A stretch of 64,000 bases of DNA from Parcubacteria group bacterium GW2011_GWC2_48_17 (lineage in GTDB: Bacteria > Patescibacteriota > Minisyncoccia > Phycocordibacterales > UBA10002): contig LCPL01000010.1 of NCBI GenBank assembly GCA_001003605.1, positions 1,528-65,527 on the forward strand, read 5' to 3'. Both the position numbers and the translations under genes were made by a program. Shown here in pieces: positions 14,572-25,379 of the stretch. The notes beneath the pieces are model-generated. The model was not told the origin of the DNA and did no database searches. It saw nothing but the letters and a program-made list of their open reading frames with translations. Within the stretch, counting starts at the first letter, position 1. Every line of letters begins with the position of its first letter.

Positions 14572-16872
14572 ATGCACTGCACTATCTGTAACAGCAAGAA
14601 TACTTTGCTTCTTGACACTCCATTTCAGGTGTACGGCTGTAGGGACTGCCGCCATGAATGGAGCGCGTTACCTCCTCCCAAACAGGAAACATATCACCCG
14701 GAATATTTTCGCGAGAAGCACCGCAAATGGTTCGAATATCCGAACATCTCCCTGTTCAAGCGGATTCATGAAGCGACAGAGAGATATACGATAGGAAAGG
14801 ACACCTTTTCTTTTCTCGACATAGGGTGCGGTCAAGGAGACCTTCTCCGCTACTTAAAGGAGAAGGGGAGTCGCGCGAAGCTCTTCGGCATCGACTTGGT
14901 GCAAAATAAAGACGACGGTATCACATACTACCAAGGCGATTTCACGAGATTGCCTTTCACGCAGAAATTCGATGTCGTTTCTGGTCTTATGGTAATCGAG
15001 CATATCGGCGACCCGCACGAATTTATGCGAAAAACCACTTCCGTGCTCAAACCGGGCGGCTTCGTCATCATGAATACGATAAATTCAGGCGGATTTTTGT
15101 ACACGCTCGCCCGTTTTCTTCGGACGGTTGGTTTCCGCGCCCCTTTTGAGCGGCTCTACGACAAGCATCATCTTGAGCATTACAACACCTCGTCACTTCG
15201 CAAGTTGTTTGAACTTGAAGGGTACAGCATTATGAATCATCGCGTGCATAATTTTCCGCTTAACGCGCTTGACGTGCCGGAGGGAAGTAAAATGCTTGCG
15301 TTCTTCTATCGAACCTGCATAGCCTGCGCCTTTCTTCTCACCGCTCGCGTAGGAGGGGTGCACCAGACACTTATCTGCAGAAAAAGTAAAATTGGTTCAT
15401 CTATGCAGGCGAAGCTCAAAGCATTTATTCACACCTATCCGGGAGCGCTTTTCCTTATCGGCGTTTTGCTGTTCGTCAATTTCTACTCTTTCTCCACGCT
15501 CACGACAAAGCCCGCCTATTGGTACGACGAGGCGATGAACGTGGAACTCGCGAGAAATTTCGCTGACTTCGGCAAGCTTGACCTCATTGTCGCTCCGAAC
15601 ACCTTTTCGGGGCAAGGAGCGCTCGTTGGTTCTACCGGATACCCCATCACGGTTTCGCTTGCCGGCTTCTTCAAGATATTCGGATTCGGTCTTCCCCAAG
15701 CGCGCATCTTTATGCTTCTTTGGATTAGCACGCTTCTCGCGGTGTTCTTTTATATCGCGAAAGAGCTCTGGGGAACGCGCGTCGCGTACGCAGGCACGCT
15801 TCTCATCGCGACCTTTGCCCCGTTTTACGGAAACGGACGGAGCGTGATGGGCGAAATCCCCGGATTTCTCTTTTTCCTCTGCGCGTTCTATTTTCTTGAG
15901 CAAAAAAAGTGGTGGCAGTCGGGACTCCTACTTGGCCTTGCGGTAATCTCCAAACCCTCCATCTTTGTTTTTCTTATTCCGGCGTTCGCGCTTATCGTCC
16001 TCTGCAAGAGCGAAACATGGAAGAACAAGCTCATTCAACTCATAAAACTTGGCGGGAGCTCCACACTCGCGCTTTTGCCGTTTTTCGCCATCTACTTTGA
16101 TGAAATCGCGCGCGGAGGGCTCTTCCAAAATATCCTCCTGCACTTCAAGAACCCTTATGAAGAGGCCGGGTTAAGTGCCCTCACGAACATTGTGAACAAT
16201 CTCCCGACGCTCATCACCTCCACGACGTTCTGGTATTTGTGGGTGATGCTTGCCGTTATCATTTTCGCACTTTTTATAGAGCGGACGCTCTTCCGCGAGC
16301 ATTCTCATCTTTTCATCTTGGCGGGCGTCTATCTCCCGCTGTCGCTATTCCAATATCTTAAGAGTCTCGGCTATTTGCGATACTTAATAGCCGCCGAGTT
16401 TTTGATATTCATTTTGTTTCTTATCACACTCCCCGCACTCACAAAGTTCTTTGCCGAAAAATCAAAATTCTCCTGGAAAGCGCCACACATCACCGCGGCC
16501 GTCATTGTGGTTACGGTCATCATGCAGGTAATCCACTTGTTTACCTACGCCAATCTCTACTCGTCCACCAAGGCACAAGAAACAATTTTGCGCGTGTATG
16601 CGTCCTCCCTCCCGAGCACGGTAGGAATCATCAATGTCCCGCAAGTCGCAAGCTTCATTCCGGCGTTTCAGAAATATCAATACCTCTCTACCTACGGACT
16701 TTCCGAATTCGGGACTCGCATGCTCTATCTCGCGCCGGAGAAATTACCAGGCGTAATCATAACCGCGTCAGGGGATAGTGAACTTTCACCAGAAGAACGG
16801 GCTATCCTCGCGAGGAGCTATGACGAAGACATGGCGTTTACGGATGGCTTTTCGATATACAGGAAGAAGTAA
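14572..16872 (+). CDS. SAM methyltransferase fused in-frame to an ArnT/PMT-like GT-C membrane glycosyltransferase
   Basis: CxxC..CxxC, LDIGCGQG, VIEH; then YWYDEA, many TM helices and SKP; internal ATG near 15403. Confidence 0.8.
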   Translation: MHCTICNSKNTLLLDTPFQVYGCRDCRHEWSALPPPKQETYHPEYFREKHRKWFEYPNISLFKRIHEATERYTIGKDTFSFLDIGCGQGDLLRYLKEKGSRAKLFGIDLVQNKDDGITYYQGDFTRLPFTQKFDVVSGLMVIEHIGDPHEFMRKTTSVLKPGGFVIMNTINSGGFLYTLARFLRTVGFRAPFERLYDKHHLEHYNTSSLRKLFELEGYSIMNHRVHNFPLNALDVPEGSKMLAFFYRTCIACAFLLTARVGGVHQTLICRKSKIGSSMQAKLKAFIHTYPGALFLIGVLLFVNFYSFSTLTTKPAYWYDEAMNVELARNFADFGKLDLIVAPNTFSGQGALVGSTGYPITVSLAGFFKIFGFGLPQARIFMLLWISTLLAVFFYIAKELWGTRVAYAGTLLIATFAPFYGNGRSVMGEIPGFLFFLCAFYFLEQKKWWQSGLLLGLAVISKPSIFVFLIPAFALIVLCKSETWKNKLIQLIKLGGSSTLALLPFFAIYFDEIARGGLFQNILLHFKNPYEEAGLSALTNIVNNLPTLITSTTFWYLWVMLAVIIFALFIERTLFREHSHLFILAGVYLPLSLFQYLKSLGYLRYLIAAEFLIFILFLITLPALTKFFAEKSKFSWKAPHITAAVIVVTVIMQVIHLFTYANLYSSTKAQETILRVYASSLPSTVGIINVPQVASFIPAFQKYQYLSTYGLSEFGTRMLYLAPEKLPGVIITASGDSELSPEERAILARSYDEDMAFTDGFSIYRKK

Positions 16873-16874
16873 TC

Positions 16875-16906
16875 TAGCAATAGTATACGTTCGTATACTA
16901 TTGCTA
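16875..16906. repeat. 32-bp palindrome
   Basis: TAGCAATAGTATACG-TT-CGTATACTATTGCTA directly after the stop codon. Confidence 0.85.
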
Positions 16907-17029
16907 AAGTGGGGAGTAAGAAATAAGAGAGCGAAAGATAAGAGAAAAACTGTACCGATGACAGTCTCTGTAGGAAGTTATCGTTTCATATCAGTGCATT
17001 TATTATGAATCGTGTTACATTAAATACCC

Positions 17030-18055
17030 ATGGCGCAAGAACTTGAGAACAGGACGATATTGGTGACGGGAGGCGCTGGGTTCATGGGTTCGAATTTCAT
17101 TCATTTTCTTTTTGCCAATGTTCCCGGCGTGAAAGTTGTAAATCTTGACCTTCTCACGTACGCGGGCAATGTTCGAAATCTCGAAGGTATTGAAGGCAAA
17201 CCGTATACTTTCATACATGGAGATATAGCTGATGCCGCTCTTGCGGCAAAACTCTTCCTGAAGGCCGACTATGTCGTAAACTTCGCGGCCGAGACGCATG
17301 TGGACCGTTCTATTCATAAAGGCGCGGCCGACTTTGTCCACACCAACATTGAAGGAGTGCACGCGCTTCTTGAGGCGCTTCGCGCTTCACCGAACGTGAA
17401 AAAAATGGTGCAGGTCTCAACGGATGAAGTGTGGGGCGACCTCCCGCTCGGCTCAAAAAAGAAGTTTAACGAAGAAACGCCCTTCAAACCCAATTCTCCG
17501 TACGCCGCGTCCAAAGCCGGAGGAGACCTGCTTATTCGCTCGTATGTAAAAACATACGGCCTGCCGGTCATTGTGTCTCACTCGGTCAATAATTTCGGGC
17601 CGCGGCAATTCCCTGAAAAACTTATTCCATTCTTCGCGCTTCGCGCCATGAAAGGGGAGTCATTGCCTCTCTATGGCGACGGAAAAAACGTGCGCGATTG
17701 GCTCTATGTTGATGACCACTCCAGTGCCATCGCGACTCTTCTTAAAAAGGGAAAGGCCGGAGATGTTTACGCGATTTCCTGCGGCGAGGAATACGCAAAT
17801 ATCGATATCGCCAAAAAGATACTCGGCATTTTGGGAAAATCTGAGAAACTCATTACCTTTGTGAAGGACCGTCCCGCTCATGACCGCCGGTACTCCGTCG
17901 ATTCTTCAAAAATAAGAGCGCTCGGCTGGAGGCCCCGCATCTCATTTGATGAAAAACTCAAGGAAACTTTACAATGGTATTCCGAAAACAAATCGTGGAT
18001 TAAAGGTGTTATAAAGAACAACACAAATATAAATTCCCACATTAGCCTGAAATGA
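17030..18055 (+). CDS. rfbB: dTDP-glucose 4,6-dehydratase
   Basis: TGGAGFMG, DLLTYAGN, AAETHVDRSI, STDEV, SPYAASK, FPEKLIP, HDRRY. Confidence 0.95.
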   Translation: MAQELENRTILVTGGAGFMGSNFIHFLFANVPGVKVVNLDLLTYAGNVRNLEGIEGKPYTFIHGDIADAALAAKLFLKADYVVNFAAETHVDRSIHKGAADFVHTNIEGVHALLEALRASPNVKKMVQVSTDEVWGDLPLGSKKKFNEETPFKPNSPYAASKAGGDLLIRSYVKTYGLPVIVSHSVNNFGPRQFPEKLIPFFALRAMKGESLPLYGDGKNVRDWLYVDDHSSAIATLLKKGKAGDVYAISCGEEYANIDIAKKILGILGKSEKLITFVKDRPAHDRRYSVDSSKIRALGWRPRISFDEKLKETLQWYSENKSWIKGVIKNNTNINSHISLK

Positions 18056-18093
18056 GCTGTATTTACCTTTAACGTAGCTTTTGTGACGGGATG

Positions 18094-18214
18094 ATCCCGT
18101 TAGATGTCGCGGACGCTCGCGAATACATTACCTAGCATGGATAACGTATGTTTACCAATAATTACGGCGGGAGCCGCGGAAGACTTATCGTCCGCGTCCT
18201 ACCTCTAATGGGAT
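18094..18214. mobile_element. MITE-like element with ATCCCGTTAGA terminal inverted repeats, copy 1
   Basis: ATCCCGTTAGA ... TCTAATGGGAT; the right TIR overlaps the rfbA ATG. Confidence 0.7.
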
Positions 18215-18947
18215 GAAAGGCGTCATATTAGCCGGTGGGGACGCGACACGACTTCGTCCGCTCACCCTCGTTACCAATAAGCACCTTCTGCCGGTATACA
18301 ATAAGCCGCTCATTTATTATGGGATAGAGCGATTGGTGGAGGCGGGTATAGACAGGATTATGGTGGTAACTTCACCGCGTCATGTAGAAAATTTCGTCGG
18401 ACTTCTCGGTTCCGGACAAAATTTCATTTCCCAAAAAGACGGCAAGCAAATACAAATTGTGTACGGCATCCAAAATGGTCCTTCCGGTATCGCCGACGGA
18501 CTTTATATCGCCAAGGATTATATCGGCGCCGATAATTGCGCGCTGTATCTCGGCGACAACATCATAGAAGACGATATCAGCGAACATATCGCGCGTTTCA
18601 AGAAAGGCGCGCTGGTTTTCCTGAAGGAAGTGAAAGACCCGCAGCGGTTCGGCGTGGCAGAGGTCGATGCTTCCGGCAAAGTACTAGGCATCGAGGAAAA
18701 GCCAAAGGAACCGAAATCGAACCTCGCTGTAGTCGGCCTCTATATCTACGATAACTCGGTGTTTAAGAAAATGGTCGGTCAGCCAATGTCGGAACGAGGC
18801 GAGTATGAGATTACGTATCTCAACAATAAATATATTGAAGAAGGAACTCTTCGCTCAGTGCATCTTGAAAAGGAATGGTTTGACGCGGGCACCGCGGACA
18901 GCCTGCTTGAAGCAGGGAATTTTATGGAGAAAAAGGCTCGTGGATAG
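18213..18947 (+). CDS. rfbA: Glucose-1-phosphate thymidylyltransferase (short form)
   Basis: GVILAGGDATRLRPLT, NKHLLPVYNKP, LGDN, EEKP, ERGEYEIT, WFDAGT. Confidence 0.92.
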   Translation: MKGVILAGGDATRLRPLTLVTNKHLLPVYNKPLIYYGIERLVEAGIDRIMVVTSPRHVENFVGLLGSGQNFISQKDGKQIQIVYGIQNGPSGIADGLYIAKDYIGADNCALYLGDNIIEDDISEHIARFKKGALVFLKEVKDPQRFGVAEVDASGKVLGIEEKPKEPKSNLAVVGLYIYDNSVFKKMVGQPMSERGEYEITYLNNKYIEEGTLRSVHLEKEWFDAGTADSLLEAGNFMEKKARG

Positions 18948-18954
18948 CGTTATT

Positions 18955-20250
18955 ATGATTTCTGCGCGACAACATTCTGTGTCTATTTTTTTCCCATGCT
19001 ATAACGACAAGGGTACGATTGGCTCGCTCGTGCTTGAAGCGACGCGGGTGGCAAAGACGCTCACGGACGATTTTGAGGTCATCGTCATAGACGACGGCTC
19101 GCAGGACGGGAGCCGTGAACTCCTAATGGACATGAAGCTCAAGAACGAAATTTCGCAGTTCAAGCTTGTTATGCACGAGAAGAATCGCGGGTACGGCGCC
19201 GTACTTCAAACAGGATTCAAGACAGCAAGCAAAGAACTGGTTTTTTATACGGACGGCGACGGGCAATATGATGTACGGGAACTTCCGAGGCTGTGGAAGA
19301 AGATGACGCCAGATATGGATGTTGTGAACGGCTACAAGATAAAGCGGCATGACCCGTTTCACCGTATTATCATTGGGTATATCTATCAATACGCAATGAA
19401 ATTCGCGTTTGGACTCTCCATTAAGGATGTTGACTGCGATTTTAGGTTGATTCGACGGAAGGTATTTGATACGGTGGAACTTACGAGTACGACCGGGACT
19501 GTTACGATTGAACTCGTGAAGCGCGTCCAGCAGGCTGGATTTCGTTTTACCGAGGTCGGCGTTTCGCACCATTTCCGCACATACGGCACGTCGCAATTCT
19601 TCAGTTTTAAGAGAGTATTCAAGACTCTTTGGAAATTGATATTTCTCTGGACCGACCTTATTCTACTTCACGCGCTTGAGAAGCCGGCGGTTTCTATATT
19701 TCTTCGGAAGATTCTTGAGGGGAATTTCATACAGCAAAAGAAGATTATCCGCGAGCGATTTTTAACATCGGCTGGCGGAAAGGTTCTCGACCTCGGCTCT
19801 GGAACCGGAGAATTCTCACCGCTTTTTTCTAATGAAGGCTACTCTGGAATCGATATTGACCCAGCCAACATTGCATTCGCGAAGACGCACTATCCTGGAA
19901 AGGAGTTTAGGCAAGGAGACGCGCGAGAGCTTCCTTCCGCGGATGACGCGTTCGACAAGATTCTGGTCGTTGGAGTGTTGCATCACCTTAGCGACGATGA
20001 TTGCCGGAAGGCGCTTTCAGAAATGACGCGCGTACTGCGGAAACATGGTACGCTTCTTGTCATTGAAGACACGAAGTACCGAAGCATTGTGTCGAAGGTG
20101 CTTCGCGCCATTGACCGGGGAAATCATGTCCGCGGCTTTGAGGAATGGGAAGATATGCTTGGCGCATACTTTACGATACGGGACTCCTGTATGTTTCGAA
20201 CCGGTATTGGCTGTCCGTATTCCGCATTCGTACTTACTCGCAAAGATTAA
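18955..20250 (+). CDS. GT2 (DPM1-like) glycosyltransferase fused to a SAM methyltransferase
   Basis: FFPCYND, DDGSQD, TDGDGQY, DVDCDF; C-terminal LDLGSGTG, LHHL. Confidence 0.85.
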   Translation: MISARQHSVSIFFPCYNDKGTIGSLVLEATRVAKTLTDDFEVIVIDDGSQDGSRELLMDMKLKNEISQFKLVMHEKNRGYGAVLQTGFKTASKELVFYTDGDGQYDVRELPRLWKKMTPDMDVVNGYKIKRHDPFHRIIIGYIYQYAMKFAFGLSIKDVDCDFRLIRRKVFDTVELTSTTGTVTIELVKRVQQAGFRFTEVGVSHHFRTYGTSQFFSFKRVFKTLWKLIFLWTDLILLHALEKPAVSIFLRKILEGNFIQQKKIIRERFLTSAGGKVLDLGSGTGEFSPLFSNEGYSGIDIDPANIAFAKTHYPGKEFRQGDARELPSADDAFDKILVVGVLHHLSDDDCRKALSEMTRVLRKHGTLLVIEDTKYRSIVSKVLRAIDRGNHVRGFEEWEDMLGAYFTIRDSCMFRTGIGCPYSAFVLTRKD

Positions 20251-20251
20251 A

Positions 20252-21535
20252 ATGAAAAATCCACGAACAAAGAAACGTCTCATGGTAGAACACGATGTTT
20301 CGCCGGGAAAGCTTTCGCGCTGTCAGATTACCGGTTCAGCCAACCTCTTTGAGATTATAGATTTGGGACATCAGCCACCGTGCGATTCGCTTCTTTCGAA
20401 AGACAAACTTGACGCTCCCGAGACTCACTATCCACTTCGACTATTCCACTGTCCCGATTCGGGGCTTGCACAGCTCGATTATGTCATTGACGGCTCGGTG
20501 ATTTATTATCCTGAGTATCCCTATCGGAGCGGCATCTCAAAACCGCTTGAAGAATACCAGCGCGCGTTTGCGGGAGGCGTGGTGAAAAACCTCGGCATCC
20601 CCCGCGGGTCGCTTTCGGTTGATATCGGCTCGAATGACGGCACGCTCCTTACCGGATTTCGACGCGTGGGAATGAAGACGCTTGGTGTCGAGCCGACCAA
20701 TATCGCGAAGATTGCGAGGAAAGAAAATAACATAGACACCATCCAGAGTTTTTTTACGGAAGTGGTCGCGAAGGATATCGTAAAAGAATACGGACATGCA
20801 AAAGTGGCCACAATGACCAACGTATTCGCGCATATGGCGCCCTTAGGGGAAGTGATGCGCGGACTCGTGGCTCTTCTTTCGCGAGACGGCGTTTTCATCA
20901 CCGAGAGCCAGTACCTTCTCGATGTACTCGAAAAAAATCAGTTTGACGGTATCTATCACGAACATATCCGCACGTATAGTTTGAAGTCGCTCGTAACGCT
21001 CTTTCCCTACTACGGTATGGAAGTTTTTGACGTTGAGCGCGGAGATAGGTACGGCGGGAATATCCGCGCCTACATCGCGAGAAAAGGGGTGAGACCGATT
21101 TCAAAAAGGGTTCGGGAACTCTTGGCTCGCGAAGAGAAAGCAGGCCTCCATCGTCCCGAGACGTGGGCGAAATGGAAGAAACGCGTGGAAGAAAACCGCT
21201 TCCGTTTTATGGACTTCGCCTATGACGCGAAAAAGAAGGGAAAGCATCTTGTCGGCAATTCCTGTCCCGGGCGGGCGACGACGCTACTCAATTATTACGG
21301 CGTTGATACGGCGCTTATGCCCTACGTTGCCGAGCTTCCAAATGGACTGAAGGTGGGGAAGTACCTCCCCGGAAAGCACATTCCAGTCGTTTCGAACAAT
21401 ATTCTTTTCAAAGAGCAGCCCGATTACGTCGTACTTCTCGCGTGGCACTACAGCGATTTTATGATACAGGATTTGCGCGCGCGAGGTCTCAAGTCAAGAT
21501 TCATTATTCCATTACCAGAGTTTAAAGTTGTATGA
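20252..21535 (+). CDS. NDP-hexose C-methyltransferase family protein
   Basis: DLGHQP, DIGSNDGTLL, NVFAH, IYHEH, LLAWH. Confidence 0.88.
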   Translation: MKNPRTKKRLMVEHDVSPGKLSRCQITGSANLFEIIDLGHQPPCDSLLSKDKLDAPETHYPLRLFHCPDSGLAQLDYVIDGSVIYYPEYPYRSGISKPLEEYQRAFAGGVVKNLGIPRGSLSVDIGSNDGTLLTGFRRVGMKTLGVEPTNIAKIARKENNIDTIQSFFTEVVAKDIVKEYGHAKVATMTNVFAHMAPLGEVMRGLVALLSRDGVFITESQYLLDVLEKNQFDGIYHEHIRTYSLKSLVTLFPYYGMEVFDVERGDRYGGNIRAYIARKGVRPISKRVRELLAREEKAGLHRPETWAKWKKRVEENRFRFMDFAYDAKKKGKHLVGNSCPGRATTLLNYYGVDTALMPYVAELPNGLKVGKYLPGKHIPVVSNNILFKEQPDYVVLLAWHYSDFMIQDLRARGLKSRFIIPLPEFKVV

Positions 21536-22299
21536 TTGATACTATCAAGCACGTTATCTCCCGCGTGAAAGCGTATAAGAATTGGTACTCAATTGTCTGG
21601 CCGATGACGCGCCTACTTTCCCGGGAGAGGATTTTGGAAACGAGAGCCGGTCCCATGATGTACGTGAGGAATATCTTCGGGCCCGATTTTGTCGTGGTCC
21701 ACGAAATGTTCTTTCGGGACGATTACGGAGTACGAGAGCTTCATTTGAATGTGAGCGAGCCGGTGATTGTTGACGCCGGAGGGAATATCGGAGCATTCTC
21801 GCTCCTCGCGCTGGCGACCTATCCTAACGCCAGGATTCTTTGTTATGAGCCGGAAGCGTCAAATCTCGATATAATACGAAAAAATGTCAGACTTAACGCC
21901 GCTGAAAAGCACATTACCTGCTTCAAAGAGGCGATTGACAACACGACTGGCATGAAGACCTTTTATCTTTCGCAAGCGGAGTATGCCCACAGCCTGGAAA
22001 AATCAGCGGACTCTCGTCATGCCGGAGAGATAAGCGTTGCAACAACCACTATAGAGCGCATTATGCAGGATAACCATATCAAACGATTGGATTTGCTAAA
22101 GCTCGATATAGAGGGCACGGAATATTCAGTTTTGCGTAATTTGCCACTGGAGCTGTATCCTCGCATCAAAAATATCGTCTTGGAGATTCACGACCACCCT
22201 TCGGAGAAGAAAGAAGATTTAGTCAGGTTTCTGGCCGAGCATGGATACGCGGTCGCACAGTCAGGCACCAATCCCCATGTCTTTTTGGCGCAGCACTAA
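21532..22299 (+). CDS. FkbM family methyltransferase
   Basis: [23 protein letters not shown]. Confidence 0.88.
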   Translation: MIDTIKHVISRVKAYKNWYSIVWPMTRLLSRERILETRAGPMMYVRNIFGPDFVVVHEMFFRDDYGVRELHLNVSEPVIVDAGGNIGAFSLLALATYPNARILCYEPEASNLDIIRKNVRLNAAEKHITCFKEAIDNTTGMKTFYLSQAEYAHSLEKSADSRHAGEISVATTTIERIMQDNHIKRLDLLKLDIEGTEYSVLRNLPLELYPRIKNIVLEIHDHPSEKKEDLVRFLAEHGYAVAQSGTNPHVFLAQH

Positions 22300-22310
22300 C
22301 ACGTACCGAC

Positions 22311-23411
22311 ATGATACCCTTCCTCAACCTCAAAAAAAATAACGAGAAGTATCGGGAAGAACTCATCGACGCGTTCACGTGCGTCATCGATTCGGGCAGG
22401 TATATTCTTGGCGAGGAGGTACGTGCGTTTGAATGGGAGTTCGGGACTTACTGCGGCGTGAAGCACGCCATCGGTACGGGTAACGGACTCGACGCTATCA
22501 CGCTCATCATCCGCGCCTATAAAGAGCTAGGTATTTTTAAGGAAGGAGATGAGATTTTGGTCCCCGCCAATACCTATATCGCCACGATTCTCTCCATCAC
22601 CGAAAATCGCTTAAAGCCCGTGCTAGTCGAGCCTGATATTCGCACCTACAATCTCGACGCTACACTTTTGGAGAAGAAGGTCACTTCTAAAACAAAAGCG
22701 ATACTCACTGTGCATCTTTACGGGAAAATCGGATATTCCGACGAAATGGGTGCAATTGCAAAAAAGCACGGACTAATGATTATTGAAGATAGCGCTCAAG
22801 CACACGGAGCGATTTACAAAGGAAGAAAGACCGGCTCACTTGGGGACGCATCTGGATTTAGTTTCTATCCGTCAAAGCCGCTCGGCGCGCTCGGAGATGC
22901 AGGCATCGTCACCACAAATGATTCAAAACTCGCAAAAGTTGTTGCCGCGCTCCGCAATTACGGAAGCCGCGAGAAATACCATAATCTCTCCCAAGGGGTA
23001 AACAGCCGACTTGATGAACTGCAGGCGGCATTGCTTCGTGTAAAGCTTCGGCATCTCGACGACGACAATCAAAAACGAAGAAAAATAGCGCAAAGATACT
23101 TACGAGAGATACGAAACAAAAAATTGATTTTGCCGGAAGAGGGCACACCCGAGAGACACGTGTGGCATCTTTTTGTCGTTCGGACAGAAAAACGCGACGC
23201 ACTGCAAAAACATCTTTCAAAAAATGGGATAGAAACTCTCATTCATTATCCCGTGCCGCCACACAAACAGCCGGCTTTCAAAGATTGGAACAAAAAGAGC
23301 TATCCCATTACCGAAGAAATCCACAACACGGTGCTCTCGTTGCCGCTCTACTCTGCGATGACGAAGGAAGAAATTTCCATCATAATTGAAGCGTGCAACA
23401 GTTTTTCGTAA
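22311..23411 (+). CDS. DegT/DnrJ/EryC1/StrS aminotransferase (FdtB-like)
   Basis: [38 protein letters not shown]. Confidence 0.92.
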   Translation: MIPFLNLKKNNEKYREELIDAFTCVIDSGRYILGEEVRAFEWEFGTYCGVKHAIGTGNGLDAITLIIRAYKELGIFKEGDEILVPANTYIATILSITENRLKPVLVEPDIRTYNLDATLLEKKVTSKTKAILTVHLYGKIGYSDEMGAIAKKHGLMIIEDSAQAHGAIYKGRKTGSLGDASGFSFYPSKPLGALGDAGIVTTNDSKLAKVVAALRNYGSREKYHNLSQGVNSRLDELQAALLRVKLRHLDDDNQKRRKIAQRYLREIRNKKLILPEEGTPERHVWHLFVVRTEKRDALQKHLSKNGIETLIHYPVPPHKQPAFKDWNKKSYPITEEIHNTVLSLPLYSAMTKEEISIIIEACNSFS

Positions 23412-23466
23412 GCGTTGCGTTGTATCGATGCGGTGGAAATGAGTTTAGTTACTATAGGCACTACAT

Positions 23467-25266
23467 ATGCCCACGAAAGACTCCGTTATTTCCTTTCTCA
23501 AACGACACAAGTTCGCTTTCCTTTGCGCTCTGGTTGTCGGAGTTCTGTATGTTGCCCCGAACATTCTTTTCGTCATTTCGCTCGTGGAAGACTATCAAGG
23601 GATTCCCATGATGGAAACGCCGAACGAGGATTTCTATCTCGCGCGAGTGCAAGAGATTCTTGACGGACATCCATCGGTCGGCTCCGCGGCATATTGGGAA
23701 TACAAAGACGAGCCTCCCATTTCTCCTCCGACGGGGGAATTCCTCTACGCGCTTCCAACGCTTATCTTTGGCATCTCGCCAAGCACTACCCTTGTTGGAA
23801 GCAGGTTCGTTCTCCCAGCGCTCTTGTTTCTCCTCGTTTATTTTCTGGCGCGGCGTCTTACAGGCGATGATGATAGTATGGCAGGCAGAATCACGGCTCT
23901 TGCGAGCGCCCTATTTGTGACGCTCGGGTATGACCTCATTGACTATCGGAGTATCCTGCATTTTCTCGCGGGAGACGCTCCGCTCTCCAACGGATTTCTC
24001 ATTTGGGCGCGCCCCGTCAACCCGATTTTGGGGGCGATTTTTCTTTTTTCATTTTTGCTTTGTGTGCATTCGATTGTCGCGAAAAAAGAGCGCGTCGTCC
24101 GCTCTATGCTTGGCGCGTCAGTGTGCATGGCCCTCATGATAGCCAGCTATTTTTTCAGCTGGGGAGTGGCGCTTTCCGTTCTCGCCGTCTTGATTTTATT
24201 TCTTCTCATACGCAAAGAATTTTGTAGCGCTCGTTTACTCGCGCTTAGCGTGCCGCTCGGTCTCTTACTTTCGTTTCCGTACTGGCTTTCCGTATGGGGC
24301 GCGACAAAAAGCCCGTGGTATGCTTCATCGGTTTTGCGCGATGGGCTTTTCTATACTCATTATCCGCTCTTGAATAAGCTTCTTATCGCGACTCTTTTCT
24401 TTTCCTTGCTCTGCATAGTTGTGGACTATTTACGGAAACGAAAGAAGGGTGAGCCCTTTCAGTTTGAGTATTGGCATCTGTTTTGTTTTTCATTTCTGCT
24501 TGGAGGGTTATGGGCGTACAGCCAACAGATTCTCACGGGCCGCACTATCTGGCCGTACCATTTCGTTCAGTACACTATCCCGCTCGCCGGCATCACGGTT
24601 TTCACTGTATTGTTTCATCTGCGCAAGAATCTCTGGTATCTATGGCATATCGGTATCGCTATTGGCATATTTCTTTCCGTCATATATGGGGTGTATGTTC
24701 AAGCAAGCACCTTTTCTAGGTTTTATAGCTACGACAAAGAACGACAATCTGTTGCGCCATTTCTAGAGTGGTTGAACCAACGTGAACCCGATTGCGTCGT
24801 ACTTGTTGTGGAAGAGCCGCTTCGCTTAGGTCTCGAAGGTCTCATCCCAGCCTTTACGCACTGCAATACATACCATTCGCCGTGGGTGTTCTCGCTAATG
24901 CCGGATGACCGCATACTGCACAGCTACATTACGCGTCTCTACTTCAGAGGAATCTCTCCAGAATCGGTGGGAGAATATCTCAAAAAAGCGGATGAAGCGC
25001 ACGGATATCTATTCTCAAACTGGAAGGGGCTATACCGACTTCCGCAATTTCCCGATTTCTCCGACCCCATAGCCCTCGAGCGCGTACAAAAACTTCCGCA
25101 AGCCTACCGCGAATTTGTGTCGGAAGATATGTCAAAAATACTTCGGAAATATCGTCTCAATTATGTAGCTTCGGTTGGAGCTCTTGAACCGAAGATACTC
25201 AACGCGCTCCCTGGCACTACACTTATCACGGTCATTGGAGACGTACATCTCTACGCGTTTCGGTAA
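23467..25266 (+). CDS. Polytopic membrane protein, GT-C-like (paralog of 45565..47460)
   Basis: EDFYLARVQEILDGH acidic loop after TM1, many TM helices, soluble C-terminal domain. Confidence 0.65.
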   Translation: MPTKDSVISFLKRHKFAFLCALVVGVLYVAPNILFVISLVEDYQGIPMMETPNEDFYLARVQEILDGHPSVGSAAYWEYKDEPPISPPTGEFLYALPTLIFGISPSTTLVGSRFVLPALLFLLVYFLARRLTGDDDSMAGRITALASALFVTLGYDLIDYRSILHFLAGDAPLSNGFLIWARPVNPILGAIFLFSFLLCVHSIVAKKERVVRSMLGASVCMALMIASYFFSWGVALSVLAVLILFLLIRKEFCSARLLALSVPLGLLLSFPYWLSVWGATKSPWYASSVLRDGLFYTHYPLLNKLLIATLFFSLLCIVVDYLRKRKKGEPFQFEYWHLFCFSFLLGGLWAYSQQILTGRTIWPYHFVQYTIPLAGITVFTVLFHLRKNLWYLWHIGIAIGIFLSVIYGVYVQASTFSRFYSYDKERQSVAPFLEWLNQREPDCVVLVVEEPLRLGLEGLIPAFTHCNTYHSPWVFSLMPDDRILHSYITRLYFRGISPESVGEYLKKADEAHGYLFSNWKGLYRLPQFPDFSDPIALERVQKLPQAYREFVSEDMSKILRKYRLNYVASVGALEPKILNALPGTTLITVIGDVHLYAFR

Positions 25267-25379
25267 GAATGCAAGCTCTCGGATCCGCGAAAATCTTTCG
25301 CCAAAGACGGCTTGGAATCGCTGTCTATGCGAGAGGTGGCGTCCGTGGTAACATCCTGAATTATAGACGGTTTCGGCGT

